A stretch of DNA of 55,948 nt, counting the filler, from Catajapyx aquilonaris (Eukaryota): NCBI GenBank assembly GCA_000934665.2. It is 3 parts of 3 records of this genome, joined end to end, with 100 filler letters (N's around TTAATTAATTAA, not from the genome) between each part and the next. Parts side by side here need not be neighbours in the genome. Positions count along the whole stretch, not along the records: positions 1 to 18,578 come from JYFJ02006663.1; 2 more parts are not named here. One strand, given 5' to 3'. The notes below the pieces were generated by a model, which was given only the letters and a program-made list of their open reading frames with translations, was not told where the DNA came from and made no database searches. Made by a program: the position numbers and the translations under genes. Shown in pieces: positions 1-12,700 of the stretch. Numbering within the stretch: position 1 is the stretch's first letter; each line of letters opens with the position of its first letter.

Positions 1-734
1 TAATTGGCCGCAAACATGTAGTACAAAATATCCTGTCGGTTAGGCCACCCATCGAACCCTCCCCCAGTCAGAAGGCTCTGGAAGGTCTGGAGATGGGACT
101 TTGTTGGTTTGTTGCCCACAGGTGGTAAGGCCTCTTTGGCTAGTTACACCAGAAAATTCTATTTAAAAGTGAGAAGGAGCGAGTAGGCAAAAATCGCTAA
201 AGAGTGTATCTCAGTAATGAGGCTGCCCAGACATATGACTCCTATACTTAAATCGATCCTCTGGTGGCTAGGAAGGCAGTCATATACGTCGGGGCACTGA
301 GTTCAGATACACCCTGTATAGGAAGGGCCCTTAAAGTTGATAATTTAGGCATTGGATCTGCAGTTGGTTTTAAAATTACCTCGTAGTTGCTTTCCCCATC
401 AATTTTTTTCACCTATTACACTTTCTACTAATTTGATGGGGTCAAAATTTAAGTCATTTTTACCTAGCGGTTCCAAGGCAGCTGACTTTTCCCTGTAGGT
501 TCCAAATTTTGAAGTATTAGTAAACTTATAGGCGTGGCCTATTTCTGCCCCAAACCAATGTGATTGGCTCTCCCCCACTCACTTGTCAATCCGTGTCAAT
601 CTGACTCTGATAGTAGCTTGAGGCAGTTGCCGGCAGGGTCTCATCACAGGTAAGCAAACAAGCAAGGGGGGTGGTTGATAGGGACATAAAATCAGGTTTG
701 ACCAAGAGGGTAACAACTCCTCCATTTTGTGTAC

Positions 735-1001
735 ACCTGATTGGGATTGTTGAAGATTGTCGATGAATGTGGAAGATTTAAGAGGATTGTCAATGATTGG
801 CAAGTCATCGCGGGTGAATGTTGGTGATTGTGGAACGATTGTGAGTGATTGCTGCTGATTGTTAATGATAGTCGAAGATTGCCGAGAGACTGTTGAAAAA
901 TTGTCAGTGGTTTGAGGGAAGATGGTAATTGTGTAAATAAAGTGGAGTAAAGTTGTAAAGTATTTGTGTGACATTATGTTAATTGATGCTCAAATAATTC
1001 C
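735..1001. repeat. Dispersed repeat with degenerate (GATTGT)-like units
   Basis: Reverse complement of 2989-3570 once the SINE at 3148-3489 is removed; related sequence at ~3640-3780. Confidence 0.65.
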
Positions 1002-1291
1002 CATGTCATTTTGGACTTTCTGAAAAGCAGCCCTTTACTCTTGACCCTGGGTAGATAAAGGAGTGCGAGAATTTGCTTATGTGCACCATCTTGTGCAGTC
1101 TTGCTCAAAAACTGATTTCATTATTGGATAGTGACTTGGTTGGACTTGGTTTTCTTTGGAGCTCAATTGCCAAAGTACTAAACCCATGATCGAACTCTTC
1201 CTTTGGTGACTTCATTTCATTTTGAAACATTTGCAGGGAGAGAAAAGGGATGATTTTCGGAAAGTCCAACATGGCATGGGAATTACTGGAG

Positions 1292-1292
<1 letters not shown>

Positions 1293-1360
<68 letters not shown>
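1293..1360. repeat. (AAT)n microsatellite
   Basis: Direct reading. Confidence 0.95.
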
Positions 1361-1366
<6 letters not shown>

Positions 1367-1429
1367 TATAAATAAATCCGGGTAGTGCTTGGACCCCTCT
1401 TGGAGTATTGCATGGACCTTTATTTACTA

Positions 1430-2030
1430 CAGTAAAACTTCTATAAGTCGAATCTCCATGGGACTGGGAAAAAACTTCGAGTTATAGAAGATTCGAGTTA
1501 GAGAAGTTTGAAATTTTTTAAGCACATAACTCTATAAGGAAACCTACCTTTATATCCAGTGGCGAAAGGTGTTCATAACTTGAAAATAACTCTCACTATC
1601 ACACTTACAATGTTCCTCATTGTTTTTTTGTGAAAAAACCTCAATTATGAACATTTGCCTACTCTTCGACTCAAGGATTCAATTGTCACAATCGAGTCAA
1701 ACACTTCTTTCGATACGTCTGGTAGACGGAGAACAGGAAATTGAGCCTTTCTGTACATGTGGCCTACTCTCGACCCTTAGACTGGGAAATGAGACAATAA
1801 TTGTCCGTACTCGCCAACATGAACTTCGACTTAGGGAGACTGAAAATGCATTGAAATCCCGACGTAAGGCCCTGCCAGCACTTCGAGTTATGGAGAACTT
1901 CGAGTTATAGAAATTCGAGTTAGGGAAGTTTATTTCCTATTATTTTACATTGTGACCAACCTAGTTCATCATTTTCTTCAACTTATAGAGAACTTCGACT
2001 TAGGGAAGTCGACTTAGAGAAGTTTTACTG
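1430..2030. mobile_element. Tigger/pogo-like MITE, copy 1
   Basis: TIR cagtaaaacttct...agaagttttactg flanked by TA; internal (ttcgagttatagag)-type subrepeats; second copy at 42949-43700. Confidence 0.85.
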
Positions 2031-2046
2031 TAGCTTGTACAACGTA

Positions 2047-2730
2047 CACAATGGGGAAGTAGCCTTCATTTTGGAAACTACATAATAAATTCGCCCATAT
2101 TTTTTGGATTTTTTTGGCATATTCCGTTTTAAGATATCAGTTTCAGTTCCGGAGTAATTGGGGTTTTTATGTAGGGAAATGGTGACGTCACTGTTTCCCT
2201 AGAAAATGTTGACGTCACGCGAAGTGAAATGAACGCAAAAATGGTGTTATAGAACGCGCCCCGTCATTGTTGTAAAATGCTTCGCTGTTGTTAGCAACCG
2301 TCCCATTCCGTGAGCAAGATAGCGGCCGGGGCGCGTATTTATTCCAGGTCGCTCAAGCCGCTTTGTACATGGCAGTGATGCCACCAGGTCGGAATTATCT
2401 GTCACCCGAATTCGGCACATGAAGGCCCCCCTTCTCCACCTCGATGTCCTACAGCCGCCTTGCGAATGCTTTCCGTCGTGTCCGCGGTTAATTCAAAGTC
2501 AAATTCCTCATATCTCGCAGTCAACCAGGCATTTCAGTGTACCCTTTCGATTGGCACCACCCGGCCGCCCCCGTTTTTCCCGCAATTTTGAAGGCACTTT
2601 TAAATGTGCCGTAATTTATCCAGTAATGTCATTTTGATGCAACAAAGTGATGGAATGTATGTTTACAGGCATGGGCTAGCTAGTTATGAACAAAAATCCC
2701 AAATCCCAGACCAAGGCTACTTCCCCATTG
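2047..2730. mobile_element. Non-autonomous DNA element, possibly Transib-like
   Basis: caatggggaagtagcctt (2049-2066) is the reverse complement of aaggctacttccccattg (2713-2730); left end reads CACAATG. Confidence 0.5.
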
Positions 2731-2741
2731 GAACCTTTGAT

Positions 2742-2988
2742 GAAGCGCCTGGGCCCATGGGCAGGATGACAGGAGGGGATGTGCAAGGTGCAGTGCAATG
2801 TCTTAAACATGGCCATTTTTAGTGAACTCCCCCGGGTGGTTTAGTCTGTTGGAAATACCACCCGAGACGAAGCCAGAGGTGACCCTGAACTCTGCACGAG
2901 ATGAAGGGGGTGTCCTCGGGTTGGGATCAAACCTGGGACCTTAACATCCGTGGGTGCGTACGTTACTGCAGCGCCACTTCGCCTCCCC
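2742..2988 (-). mobile_element. tRNA-derived SINE family C, copy lacking the 3' tail
   Basis: Aligns throughout with ~3250-3489. Confidence 0.75.
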
Positions 2989-3147
2989 GGAATTACTGGA
3001 GTATCAATTAACATGACGTGGTACAAATTCTGTACAATTTTGCACCGCTTTATTTACACAATTACCATCTCCAATCTTTCAAAACCACAGACAATCCTTT
3101 GACAGTCATTAACAATCACCTGCAATCACTTGCCAATCATCAATAAT

Positions 3148-3489
3148 ATAATAATTAATAATAATTGATTGGGTATTCGGCTAACCCTATAGGGGTTTTT
3201 TGCCAGACCTTTATTGTGATGGTGTACAATTCTGGGAATCCTATTATTGAAGCGCCCGGGCCCACGGGCAGGATGACAGGAGGGGATGTGCAAGTGCAGT
3301 GCATCTGACGTGTGGCCATTTTTAGTGAGCTCCCCCGGGTGGTTTAGTCTGTAGGAAATACCACCCGAGACGAAGCCAGAGGTGACCGACCTCTGCACGA
3401 GATGAAGGGGGTGTCCCCGGGCCGGGATAGAACCCGGGACCTTAACATCCGTGGGCGCACACGTTACCGCGGCGCCACTTCGTCTCCCC
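3148..3489 (-). mobile_element. tRNA-derived SINE family C, full length, (ATT)-rich tail
   Basis: Minus-strand A box agtggcgccgcgg and B box ggttctatccc; 15-bp TSD ccaatcatc(a/g)ataat at 3133-3147 and 3490-3504. Confidence 0.8.
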
Positions 3490-3841
3490 CCAATCATCGA
3501 TAATAATCACTACAATCCTCTTAAATCTTCTTCACATTCATCTACAATATTCAACAATCACAATGAGGTGTTACCCCAACCTGCACCATTCTGAGGGTAG
3601 TCCCCTTTAGAAGCCTGGGAAGGTGCATAAGTTTGAAGAAAGTGTTGTCAAATTGTGGATGATTGTAAATGATTGTTGATGATTGTCAAATGATTGTGTG
3701 TGATTGTCGAAAGATTGCTGGTGATTGTGAAAAATTACAATCATGATTCGAGAAAAATGTACATCTGATTGTCAGAGTTGTAACCCCCTCGGGTTAGACA
3801 GAAAGGAGCCGAACCACATTCTTCACAACTAATCGCGAGTT

Positions 3842-4136
3842 CAGTGGTCCCCAACCTTTTTTTTAAAATGCTCGATGCCCCCGTAGCACACCGAAAATTC
3901 TGAAGGCTAACTTCACTCTCTTCACTCTAACTTCACATTCCTTCACACTCACTGTCAGCATAATACTTATTGCGAATAGTCATAGGCAATATTTCATAGT
4001 GACACTTCACAAGGTGTTTTCATCTTAAACCACACCCGCGAGTTATAAAACCGTTGATTTCTGATAATTTCACTTCGCGTAATGGCGAGAAACGTTGATT
4101 CATTTTATTCCGTGGCACCCCGGTTGGGAACCACTG
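3842..4136. mobile_element. hAT (Charlie-like) MITE
   Basis: TIR cagtggtccccaacc...ggttgggaaccactg. Confidence 0.7.
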
Positions 4137-4262
4137 TCCAGGACCTAAGCGCTAAAACCAGGCCGAAATTTGGACCTTGTGATTAAAAGGCGATGGTGCG
4201 TGATGCATACGTTCCCTAGGCCTTTAGGTGCCATTACAGAGTTGGCGCCTGCGATTCCGCTA

Positions 4263-4820
4263 GACACAGGTTTCCCTGTACTTCATTATCACAACCACTA
4301 TAAATCTGCATTGGTGCACATGCACAGATGCTTGCACCCACACTTTACCATGCAGGAGGAACAGAGATTCTTGTGCCACAGGCAGACTGTAGTCCATATC
4401 ATACAGGCTCCCAGTATATGGTACTCCACTTCCCTGAGCCACACGGGTGCAGCCCTAGCCGATGAATCTGGAAGCTCTTGCATTGCATTGAGACATTGGC
4501 CCCACACAGCTTAAAGCCTAAGGCAGCATTGCCTCCGCGCTGGCTACCAAAGTCGAGAGTACGTTAGTGTGGCTGTGTGGGGCCAATGTCTCAAAGCAAT
4601 GCAAGAGCTTCCAGATTCATCAGGCTGGCGCTGGACTCGTGTGGCTCAGGGCAGTGGAGTATACTGGGAGCCTGTATAATGTGGACCACACTCTGCCCGT
4701 GGCACAAGAATCTGCTCCTCCTGGTAAAGTGTGGGTGCAAACTTCTGTGCGTGTGAACCAATGCCAGATTTCTAGTGGTTTTGATGATGTAGTACAGTGA
4801 ATAAAGTGTGAAACCTGTGC
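4263..4820. repeat. Fold-back inverted repeat of an AcademX-like transposon C-terminal coding fragment (arms ~4263-4510 and ~4572-4820)
   Basis: Arms align as reverse complements over ~250 bp. Translation with frameshifts: QHCLRAGYQS..AVWGQCLKAMQELPDSSGW.W..WEP.WTTLPVA..LVKCGCK..C. Confidence 0.8.
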
Positions 4821-5125
4821 CCAACGAAATTTTCCTTAATTGACAGGATTCTGCTATGAGAGACAACAAATGTCTGACTCAGTCCAGAAGGGGCGCTGCT
4901 CGAGTGAACCTCGCTGGAGAATCCGTTTTCGTGACAGTGACGGGCAAGAGATTTCCGCTGTGAACAGGGATTTTCCATTGAGGAAGGCCAAAATCAGTTC
5001 TTTTTTCGCTTTTGGCAGGTTTCCTAAATTTATATCCACCAAAATATGTTGCATGTCCCAGCAAAAATTCCGCAATTGGCAGGTTTCCATTATTCCCAGG
5101 GCCCACTATGGACAGGATTTTTACT
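4794..5125. mobile_element. Degenerate Tigger-like MITE related to 45233-45941
   Basis: Shares blocks tgaacagggatttt.., aaaaattccgcaat and cccagggccc.. with 45780-45941. Confidence 0.55.
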
Positions 5126-5279
5126 TATCTTGTAATACGTACATTAGCCAAATGCATATGTAGAGTTTCCTGCCATTCCCGTGAGGTTTTATGCTATTCT
5201 TAAAACATTTCCATTACTATTGTGAAGAAATGCTAATGACCTGCCATCTTCAACTAGGGATATTAATTATTCATTGCAG

Positions 5280-5331
5280 GTGTACGCTAAATGATTATGT
5301 GCAATACATGACCATTGACATGACTGGTTCA
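5280..5331 (+). CDS. Probable upstream coding exon of the vret-like gene (xCTLNDYVQYMTIDMTGS)
   Basis: Acceptor ttcattgcAG at 5279; donor tca|GTaggc is phase 0 and joins exon 6751 in frame; YVQYMTIDMT resembles RRM RNP2/beta1. Needs a further upstream phase-2 exon; a strong candidate donor is cag|GTAAGC at 650. Confidence 0.5.
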
Positions 5332-5586
5332 GTAGGCCATTATTTAGAGTTAGACAGTAAGCCTAGGTTGCATATATCCTTGTGCGTATCACTTGAGACG
5401 TTTCACTCATAACAACCGCTGTAGCAGTGAAGTGAGGGCATTGTGACCTGTAAAAGAGTATACTGTATAGGGCCACAGTTTAACTTACAATAAAATTATT
5501 TTATTGACCCTGCCACAATGCACCCCGGAAAGGAAAAGAAAGGCTTATTACATTTTTGGACTCGAACTCTTCAGCCATGTACTACT

Positions 5587-5816
5587 TTATAATTGATATT
5601 AGGGAGGTTGGCCTGGCATTGCCTCTTCAACCTCCAAGGATAGGGAAGGAAGGAAGCGGCTGTGGCCTATTATACGGAAGTGACCTCGGAATTGTCCTAG
5701 GAAGACCATAGAAAACCACAGCAAACCATGGTCAGGATCGTCGGTCCCGGGATTCGAACCCAGGACCTCCCGATTAGCAGTCGGATGCCTTATCCACCAT
5801 GCCAACCTGCTTCGGT
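5587..5816 (-). mobile_element. tRNA-Ser(GCT)-like-headed SINE family A, copy 1
   Basis: A box tggcatggtgg, ctGCTaa loop, B box ggttcgaatccc; TSD gccatgt(a/g)ctact at 5574-5586 and 5817-5829; body ..ggccacagccgcttccttcc resembles Talua-type insect SINEs (from memory). Confidence 0.85.
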
Positions 5817-6750
5817 GCCATGTGCTACTGTCTCGATATAATTATAATTTTTAAATGTTTCATTTTTAGGCGGTAAATTATTTGAAATTTTAAATAATGA
5901 AATAGACCACCCTAAAATGGGGGTTGTCTGTAGTTATTCTTAATAATAATGTTGCCTCAGGAAATTGTAAATTCCCATTTCCACTCCTGCCAACACATAG
6001 CAAAACAAGCCAGCCTGACGGAAAATCTTCACTGTGTCCTTTCCTCCACCACCCTCCCTTTCAAACTTCCATGCCCTCTTTCTTTTGCCCCCATCCCCCA
6101 CTCCTACCCCCAAGGGTGCTGTCCCTGTAGGCGGAGCCTCAGCCTGGAGTTTTAGGTTTGACCCGGTTTGACCTTGCCTGCGACTTCTACCATCTGTTGA
6201 GATTTCTGTGGGTTAAAATAATTGGCATGATTTTGTAGACTCCTATTTTCTGGGCCACAGGTCACGGGAAAATCATAATATATGTCAGTGCCATTCGAAA
6301 GAGAATGGCCGACTCCTTTGGTGCTCCTCTGTACAGATTTGACATTTTGGTTACCTTCCCCCTGAGAGCAGGATTGAAAAACCCATTTTTCGCCATATTT
6401 CGGAATTTTTATTGGCCAAATTAGTGAATATTTTGAAAAACTAACAAGGAGCAACGAAAGAGGGATCTCTTCTTAGCATAAAACAATTTTTATGTTAGAA
6501 GTTGGTGGCAAATTACTGAAGAAAACAGGAGACTATGGAGGTGTGTTTTCCAAGACGAAACTCTATGTAGAAAGGACTCTTAAGCTTGGGCATTGCGTTG
6601 ACTTGTTAGATGTAGCCTACATGTAACATTTTCCAACAAGAATGTTGCATTCTAGTAAGTCTTAACACGAGTTGCAGAAATGAATTATGTGGATGTGGAG
6701 TGTGAGAAAGACTGCTACAGAGCAGTAATGGTCAAATTTTCTTCTTACAG

Positions 6751-9700
6751 AACAGCATAAAGAACTGGATTGAAGAGGTTACCTTGCATCGACCGCATAC
6801 CATAAGACTAGGTCAAACGCGACATGTGTATTGGGCCATCGCCGTTTTCAATACCTGTTCCGCTGCCCAAACCGGCCTTGAAAGGCTGAATGGATACTTG
6901 TGTCCGGATACTAGGTTGACTCTTACAGTTACATTTAAGGCACCCTGGCGTGAGAGTGGCCACTATGACTATTTTGGCCAGAATGCAAAACATGGGGAGC
7001 AATCTGGCCATCCATCTCACTGTCAGTTTAGGAGGCAAAGTTACAACCAGGATCGAGACAAGAGGGCGACGTCCCGCAGCGTAGAGCGAGACATCCAGAA
7101 TGATGAGTCCGGTGAGAGAGATGCACCAAGAAGGTCTGTCGAGTCCGTGAGGGACAGCGATAACCTGAGAATCACCGGTGGGCCACCATTGCCTGCTCTG
7201 CACATCCCAAGCTGCTTGTATTGTGGTGGAGACGCCCAAACTGTTTGCACTGCTTGGAAGGTGTGCCATGGCTGGTACTGTAATAAGCGGTGCCAGCAAG
7301 CACACTGGACGGTTCACCAGCAAACTTGCCCTGGCCAGTAAGTCATTGTTTGGACATACGTTTTCAAAACTGCCATTTGAAAGGCTTGCGACCTTTTTTG
7401 ATCAGAATGTGATTTGCAAGGTGGAGTCAAGTGAACATGAGCCAATCAAACCTGTAGAGAGCCAAATGTACCTCTCAGAAAGCAGAAGTGGATCTGCTAT
7501 GGAAGCAGAGCACCTGCAGCTGTCCTTACCGTGGGATGGCGTAATGACATGTAGTCCAGTCAAATTGTCATTTTAGGCCTCAGCCTAGAACTAATTGCAA
7601 TAGAATGGGTGTCAACTGAATTTATAGTAAAAAAGGGCGCTAAAAACGATGGAGCAAAGTCAACCGCTGTCCAGTCGCACCAAAAGCCGCCATCTTGAAA
7701 AAATGGCTGCCAAACCGGGAATGTTAGTCAAAAACATTTTATATCACGGAAACGACTAGGTTTTAATGAACATTGAACTGGACATGAAGAGCATAGAATG
7801 TACTTCATTTTCGCTGTAGAGTGCATAGTATCGAATTAGACAATTTTTTATATATTCACAAGTATCGCATTGGCGGTCTTATGGCGCTTTGCGTTACAAA
7901 CTGATAAGGGAAGGTCACAGGGTGATAATGACGGATCTTGATGAAATTTAACATGCTAATACATGACAATATATGATACCCAAAAATGAAATATTTCATG
8001 CGGAGGCCCATATTTCCAAAAGTTATAACCCCGTGACCTTCCCTTGTGAGTATTTCATGGTGAATTGGGATAAAACAAGAGTTCTTTCGGCCTGTATGTA
8101 AAGTAGCATAGCTGCATAGGTGAATAACTGCATTTCATGCATTAATAACATTACATATTTACATAGATCTCCAACTACAGTAGACTCCGGATATAACAGA
8201 CTTCAATGGACTGCGGAATTCAGTCCGCTACAGAGAGAGATCTGTTGCAGGACGATACACAGGCCATATAATTATGGTAGTATGGCCGGTCACAGCATAC
8301 TTCCAAAAGGCCCTGTGCGTATTTACTCAGGATATAGCAGACCCATTTTTCACCTCACCTCGGCTATGAGACAATTTTTCGGCCCTTTGGTGGGAAAATA
8401 TGAGGTTTTCTATTACTCGGCGTCTACTTCCCATTTGTAGGCATTATAACGACTAGTTCTATAGCATTTCCGAACATGCTGGTGTACTCTGTACAAAGAA
8501 ATTCCTGGTTTTTACAGGTGCATTGCTTTGTTTTGTGCACCCACTGCAGATTTAGTTAATTTCTGCATTACCTTAGCAAGTTGAGACTAGTGTCTCCCTC
8601 ATTAGTCCTTCAGAATCAAAAACTCTTGCAGGGATCAACGTGTACAGTACAAAAAGATGAGAAATTGTTGTTATGTATGAGCACACACCAGAAATAGTTG
8701 AAAAAACGATAATATTGTAGATATACTTCTTGAATCATTTCCACGATGCACAGTGTGCTTCGAAATCAAATTCCGCACCTGTTTGTTTCTTTTGAAGGTG
8801 TAGTGCAGTGTATCTCAACAGAGGTTCCGTGAGCAATCGCCAGGATTACACTAGAAATAGTGATGAATAAGCTAATCGCAGGCATGTAAATGTGTTTTTG
8901 AGGCACTGATTTGGCCGCCATTTTTTCAAGATGGCGGCTTTTGGCGGGACAGTGGTAGACTTTGCACCATCATTTTTAGCACCCTTTTTTTACTATAAAA
9001 TCAATTGACACCAATTCTGTTGCAATTAGTTCTAGATCCATCAACAATTTCGAATGGCGTAATGGGCCTTTGTAGGACTTTGGGTCAAAAGAGGTCAGGT
9101 GAGAAGTCCCTTATGGGAAATAGTCTAGAGACTCTAGACTAGAGAGACCTTCTGCCATTCAGAGTGAACCTTTGGGGGATGATACCTTAAAATTCCAAAA
9201 TTTTGTTCGTGGACTTAATTATGGCCATGTTGATATATGGGTACTGTGCATTTTCTTTTGACTCAACCCTGCATTTCTTGTGAAATGTTACTAATGTTAA
9301 AAAATAGTTTAGAAACAGGGAAGTTGAAAATGCCTTGTACGTTTTAGGACTTCAGCTTGGTAAATACTATTTCAAATTATAGCATTGTCATTGCCTATGC
9401 CTTCTCATAAGGCTGGTGACCTATAGAAAATGAAAGTTGTGCACATAATTGCATCAGGGTAGTAATAGTACTTTTCCTGACCAGGGCATCTGGAAGTGGA
9501 ATCTTCGCCTATGATGAAGACGGCAGGAATAGTCACTTGCAGTTCACCCCTCAAAGCAGCCCTAGGGACCAGATGGGAAGGAGCCCAAGAGGACATGCCG
9601 GCAGCTTCAACAAGAAGGGTGGTGCTCCTAACATGCACAATATGGAGGAAGATCAAGAGAGCCTGGCTCTGAACAAGAGCGTCAATCAGGTCCGGAAGTC

Positions 9701-12700
9701 CTACCAGCATGATGATGGTGAAGGGGGAAGAGATTCGTACCAGCGGAGGGATGGTGAGGGGACGTTCAGGGGCAGGGGTCGCAGTGGCAACCAAGGCAAT
9801 AGGCAAAGCTATCGCCCCAGAGATGCTGATAATCATGATGATAACAGAGGTGGAAATGAGGGTGTCGGGAATGGGGTAGATTCCCACAAGATGAGGGGTG
9901 GAGAGAACTATCAGAGAGGGAGGGGACAGCGCGGTGGCAGAGGCCACTTTCAACGTGGTGGCAATCAGCGCCAGGATGGCAGTGACCGAAGGGATGGAAA
10001 CTGTGAGATGGAAGATGCCCAGGGCATACAGGATGGGCATGACCAACACAAAAACTTCAGGGGCAAACCTATGAGTAATAGAGATGGCCCTCACAATCGT
10101 GGCAATGGCAGGCCAATCAAGTCAGAAGGATTTGATCAAGAAGACTGTGCCACAGCAGAAGGATGTGAGCAGCAGGGACCCAAGCGAAATGGTTCTCGTG
10201 GAGGACAGGCTGGTGGCATGGGAGGATCTCGTATCCAAAGAGGTGCAGGTTCTGTGGAGGATGGAAACAAGGAGCCAGGGATGCTGGAGGATAAGCCTTC
10301 AAAGTCGGATATGAGAGGACAGACTGAATCTTCCACCACAGGGTCTGAGCCTAGGAATAATTCTCCTAGGCCCACAACATTCGATGAACCTGCTACTCTT
10401 TCACCAAAGGAGGGTGTAGAGTCGAGCTGCACTCTGGCTCATTTTGATTCCCCTTCAGATATCTGGGTACAGCTCTCAAGCAATGCAGGAATCCTGAAAG
10501 CCATGACCGCTGAGTTGGAGCGGAAGTGCAAGCATATGCCACCTCTTGACGCATCTGACCGTGGCGAAGGGCATATAGTTGCGGTCAGGTATGAAGGGGG
10601 CTGGTACCGAGCTAAGATCATCTCCACCGATCCAGGCTTGTTCGTCCATTGTATGGATTTTGGCAACAATGATGCAGCGGGCTTGGATGATGTGGTCAAT
10701 ATTCCTCAGCACTGTGGGAAGGTGCCACCCCTTGTCACCCACTGCCAGCTTGCAGATGTGAGGCCAAAGTATGGAAGGGAGTGGCCTGAAGAAGCATGTG
10801 CCCTGCTTGATGATATTGCAAAGCAGGGTGGCCTGAAGGTGGAATGCACAGCTAAGGTAAGTTTTTGCTTTTTGTTGCTCTGCAATGTTTATGTACTTGC
10901 TGTTGTTGGGGTGAAATATTTAACTAATGTTTGATTCTTAATTTTACAGAAGAAAGGAAAGGCCATCATCAACTTGCTGGACGGCAAGGGAGAGTGTGTG
11001 TCTGATCTCTTGATTAGTAAAGGCATTGCCCGTGCTACCTTTGATTTTGAAGTTGGTGTAGATTTAATGGGTTTCATGCCAAAATCAGAACAGAAGCCAG
11101 CAATTAAACCATCATCAGAGAAGCCTGCCCCATCTCCTAAGCAAAAGCCTGCAGCTTCTCTTAAGACCTCGCCACCTGTTCCAAAGAAGATGTCCTATCC
11201 TGTTCAGGGAGCATCCCAAACAGCCAACGCCATGTTGGTGAAAAGCAGAGACAAAGTTCGGGTCACTTACTTTGAGGGTGCTAACACTGTGTACCTTGTT
11301 AAGGAGTTGGCCTGGGCTCAGGTGGAAGATCTCAATGATGAGATCAATGCCTACATTCTTGGAGGTTAGTATTCTGCATTGTAACTACCTGTATAATACA
11401 TCCTTTGTTAATATCATGTTGATCTCATGTTCTTTAGCTAGAGGAGCTGCTGCTGTGACGGAGGCACCAGAAGTGGAAGAGATAGTAGCCTGCCAAGTAG
11501 GAGGGGAAGGGTACTATCGTGCTGCAGTTAAATCTGTGTTGCATGGTGGCAAGGAGATAGAAGTGAGGCTGATTGACACAGGAAGGCGTATGACCACCTC
11601 CATATCCAAGCTGGCCAATCTGCCACAGCAGTTTATCGATACTCCACCCTTTGCGGAGCTGGTTCGCCTCGATAATGTGCCATATATTCTCAACAAGGAG
11701 AAGCTGAACATATTCGCACTCAAGTATAAGGATAAAGTGTTGCCATGTGAGGTCAACGCCTTGGTGCCCCTGTCTGTCACGCTTTATGATGCTGCTGGAA
11801 AGAACCTTAACGAACAGATTTCCGCTGAAGCCCTTCCACGATGGAAGTGTCTAATACAGAAGAAGACTGACGGAAACCCCATTCCAGAAAGTTAGTGAAA
11901 AATTCGCTACTTTTGGCATGTTTCTATGGGCAGATGTCACCTGCAAGTCAGGATGACAACAGGAAATATTATTTTATGCGGCGAAAAATGGCACTTTGTC
12001 AAACACCATATGAATTATTTTTCAAAGTGTAAATATTAATGTAGGATGTCATTTATTTCAGTAAGTTGTGGGGAAACAAATATGAAAGATGTTATGTGTG
12101 TAATTCAGCACTGGGTTTACTTGTGTAAATGGATCAATGTTGCCATTTTCCATGGAAACCTCTTCCTAATTTTTGTAGCCTTTTAATAATTCCTCACATC
12201 GTGTTGCTTACACTGCTAATATTTGTGTGTGTGTTTTCAGACTGCCTGAAGAAGCCCAAGTTAAGTGATTGCCCGTCACTCCAATTGACTGTAGGCGCTA
12301 CTGTAGCCATGACTTTCGTGGTGGTGGAGAATCCTGCACAGCTGGTTGCCTTGCCAATGAATCCAGAGGACGTTAAAATGGCACAAGAGCTGGTTCTAGA
12401 CCTTCAGGCATACAGGGATGCCTTCTTTGACAAGACCGCACACTACTCCCCCGTGATTGAGGAACTCTGCCTTTATGTGGCCAAAGACGAGCGTCTTTAC
12501 AGAGGTGTCTGCCTAGCTCATGAGCGGTATAAGGCTACCTACATTATCCTGTCCATTGACTTTGGTGGCACTGAAGAGGTTGCAGTGAAAAATATAAGGA
12601 GAATGAACCCTGACTTGATGATCGTGCCATGTGGTGCAATGTGTATACTCGATGGTAGGTTGTAGTATTAATGTTTTGCATGTTTGTAAGTCACTCGTTT

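Noticed and set aside
1105..1413. Poly-Leu ORF on the minus strand
   Set aside because: Translation of the (AAT)n microsatellite.
2172..2217. Two TGACGTCA (CRE-like) palindromes and a 30-bp hairpin as a vret promoter
   Set aside because: They lie inside a TIR-bounded element (2047-2730), and no ATG-containing exon there splices in frame to 5280.
5745..5816. tRNA-Ser-like sequence (and similar heads at 3420-3489, 24710-24779, 39655-39725, 55275-55345)
   Set aside because: Each continues into a SINE body, several with TSDs, and lacks a proper acceptor stem; they are not tRNA genes.
9405..10094. 229-aa hydrophobic antisense ORF
   Set aside because: Shadow of the purine-rich RGG exon on the + strand.
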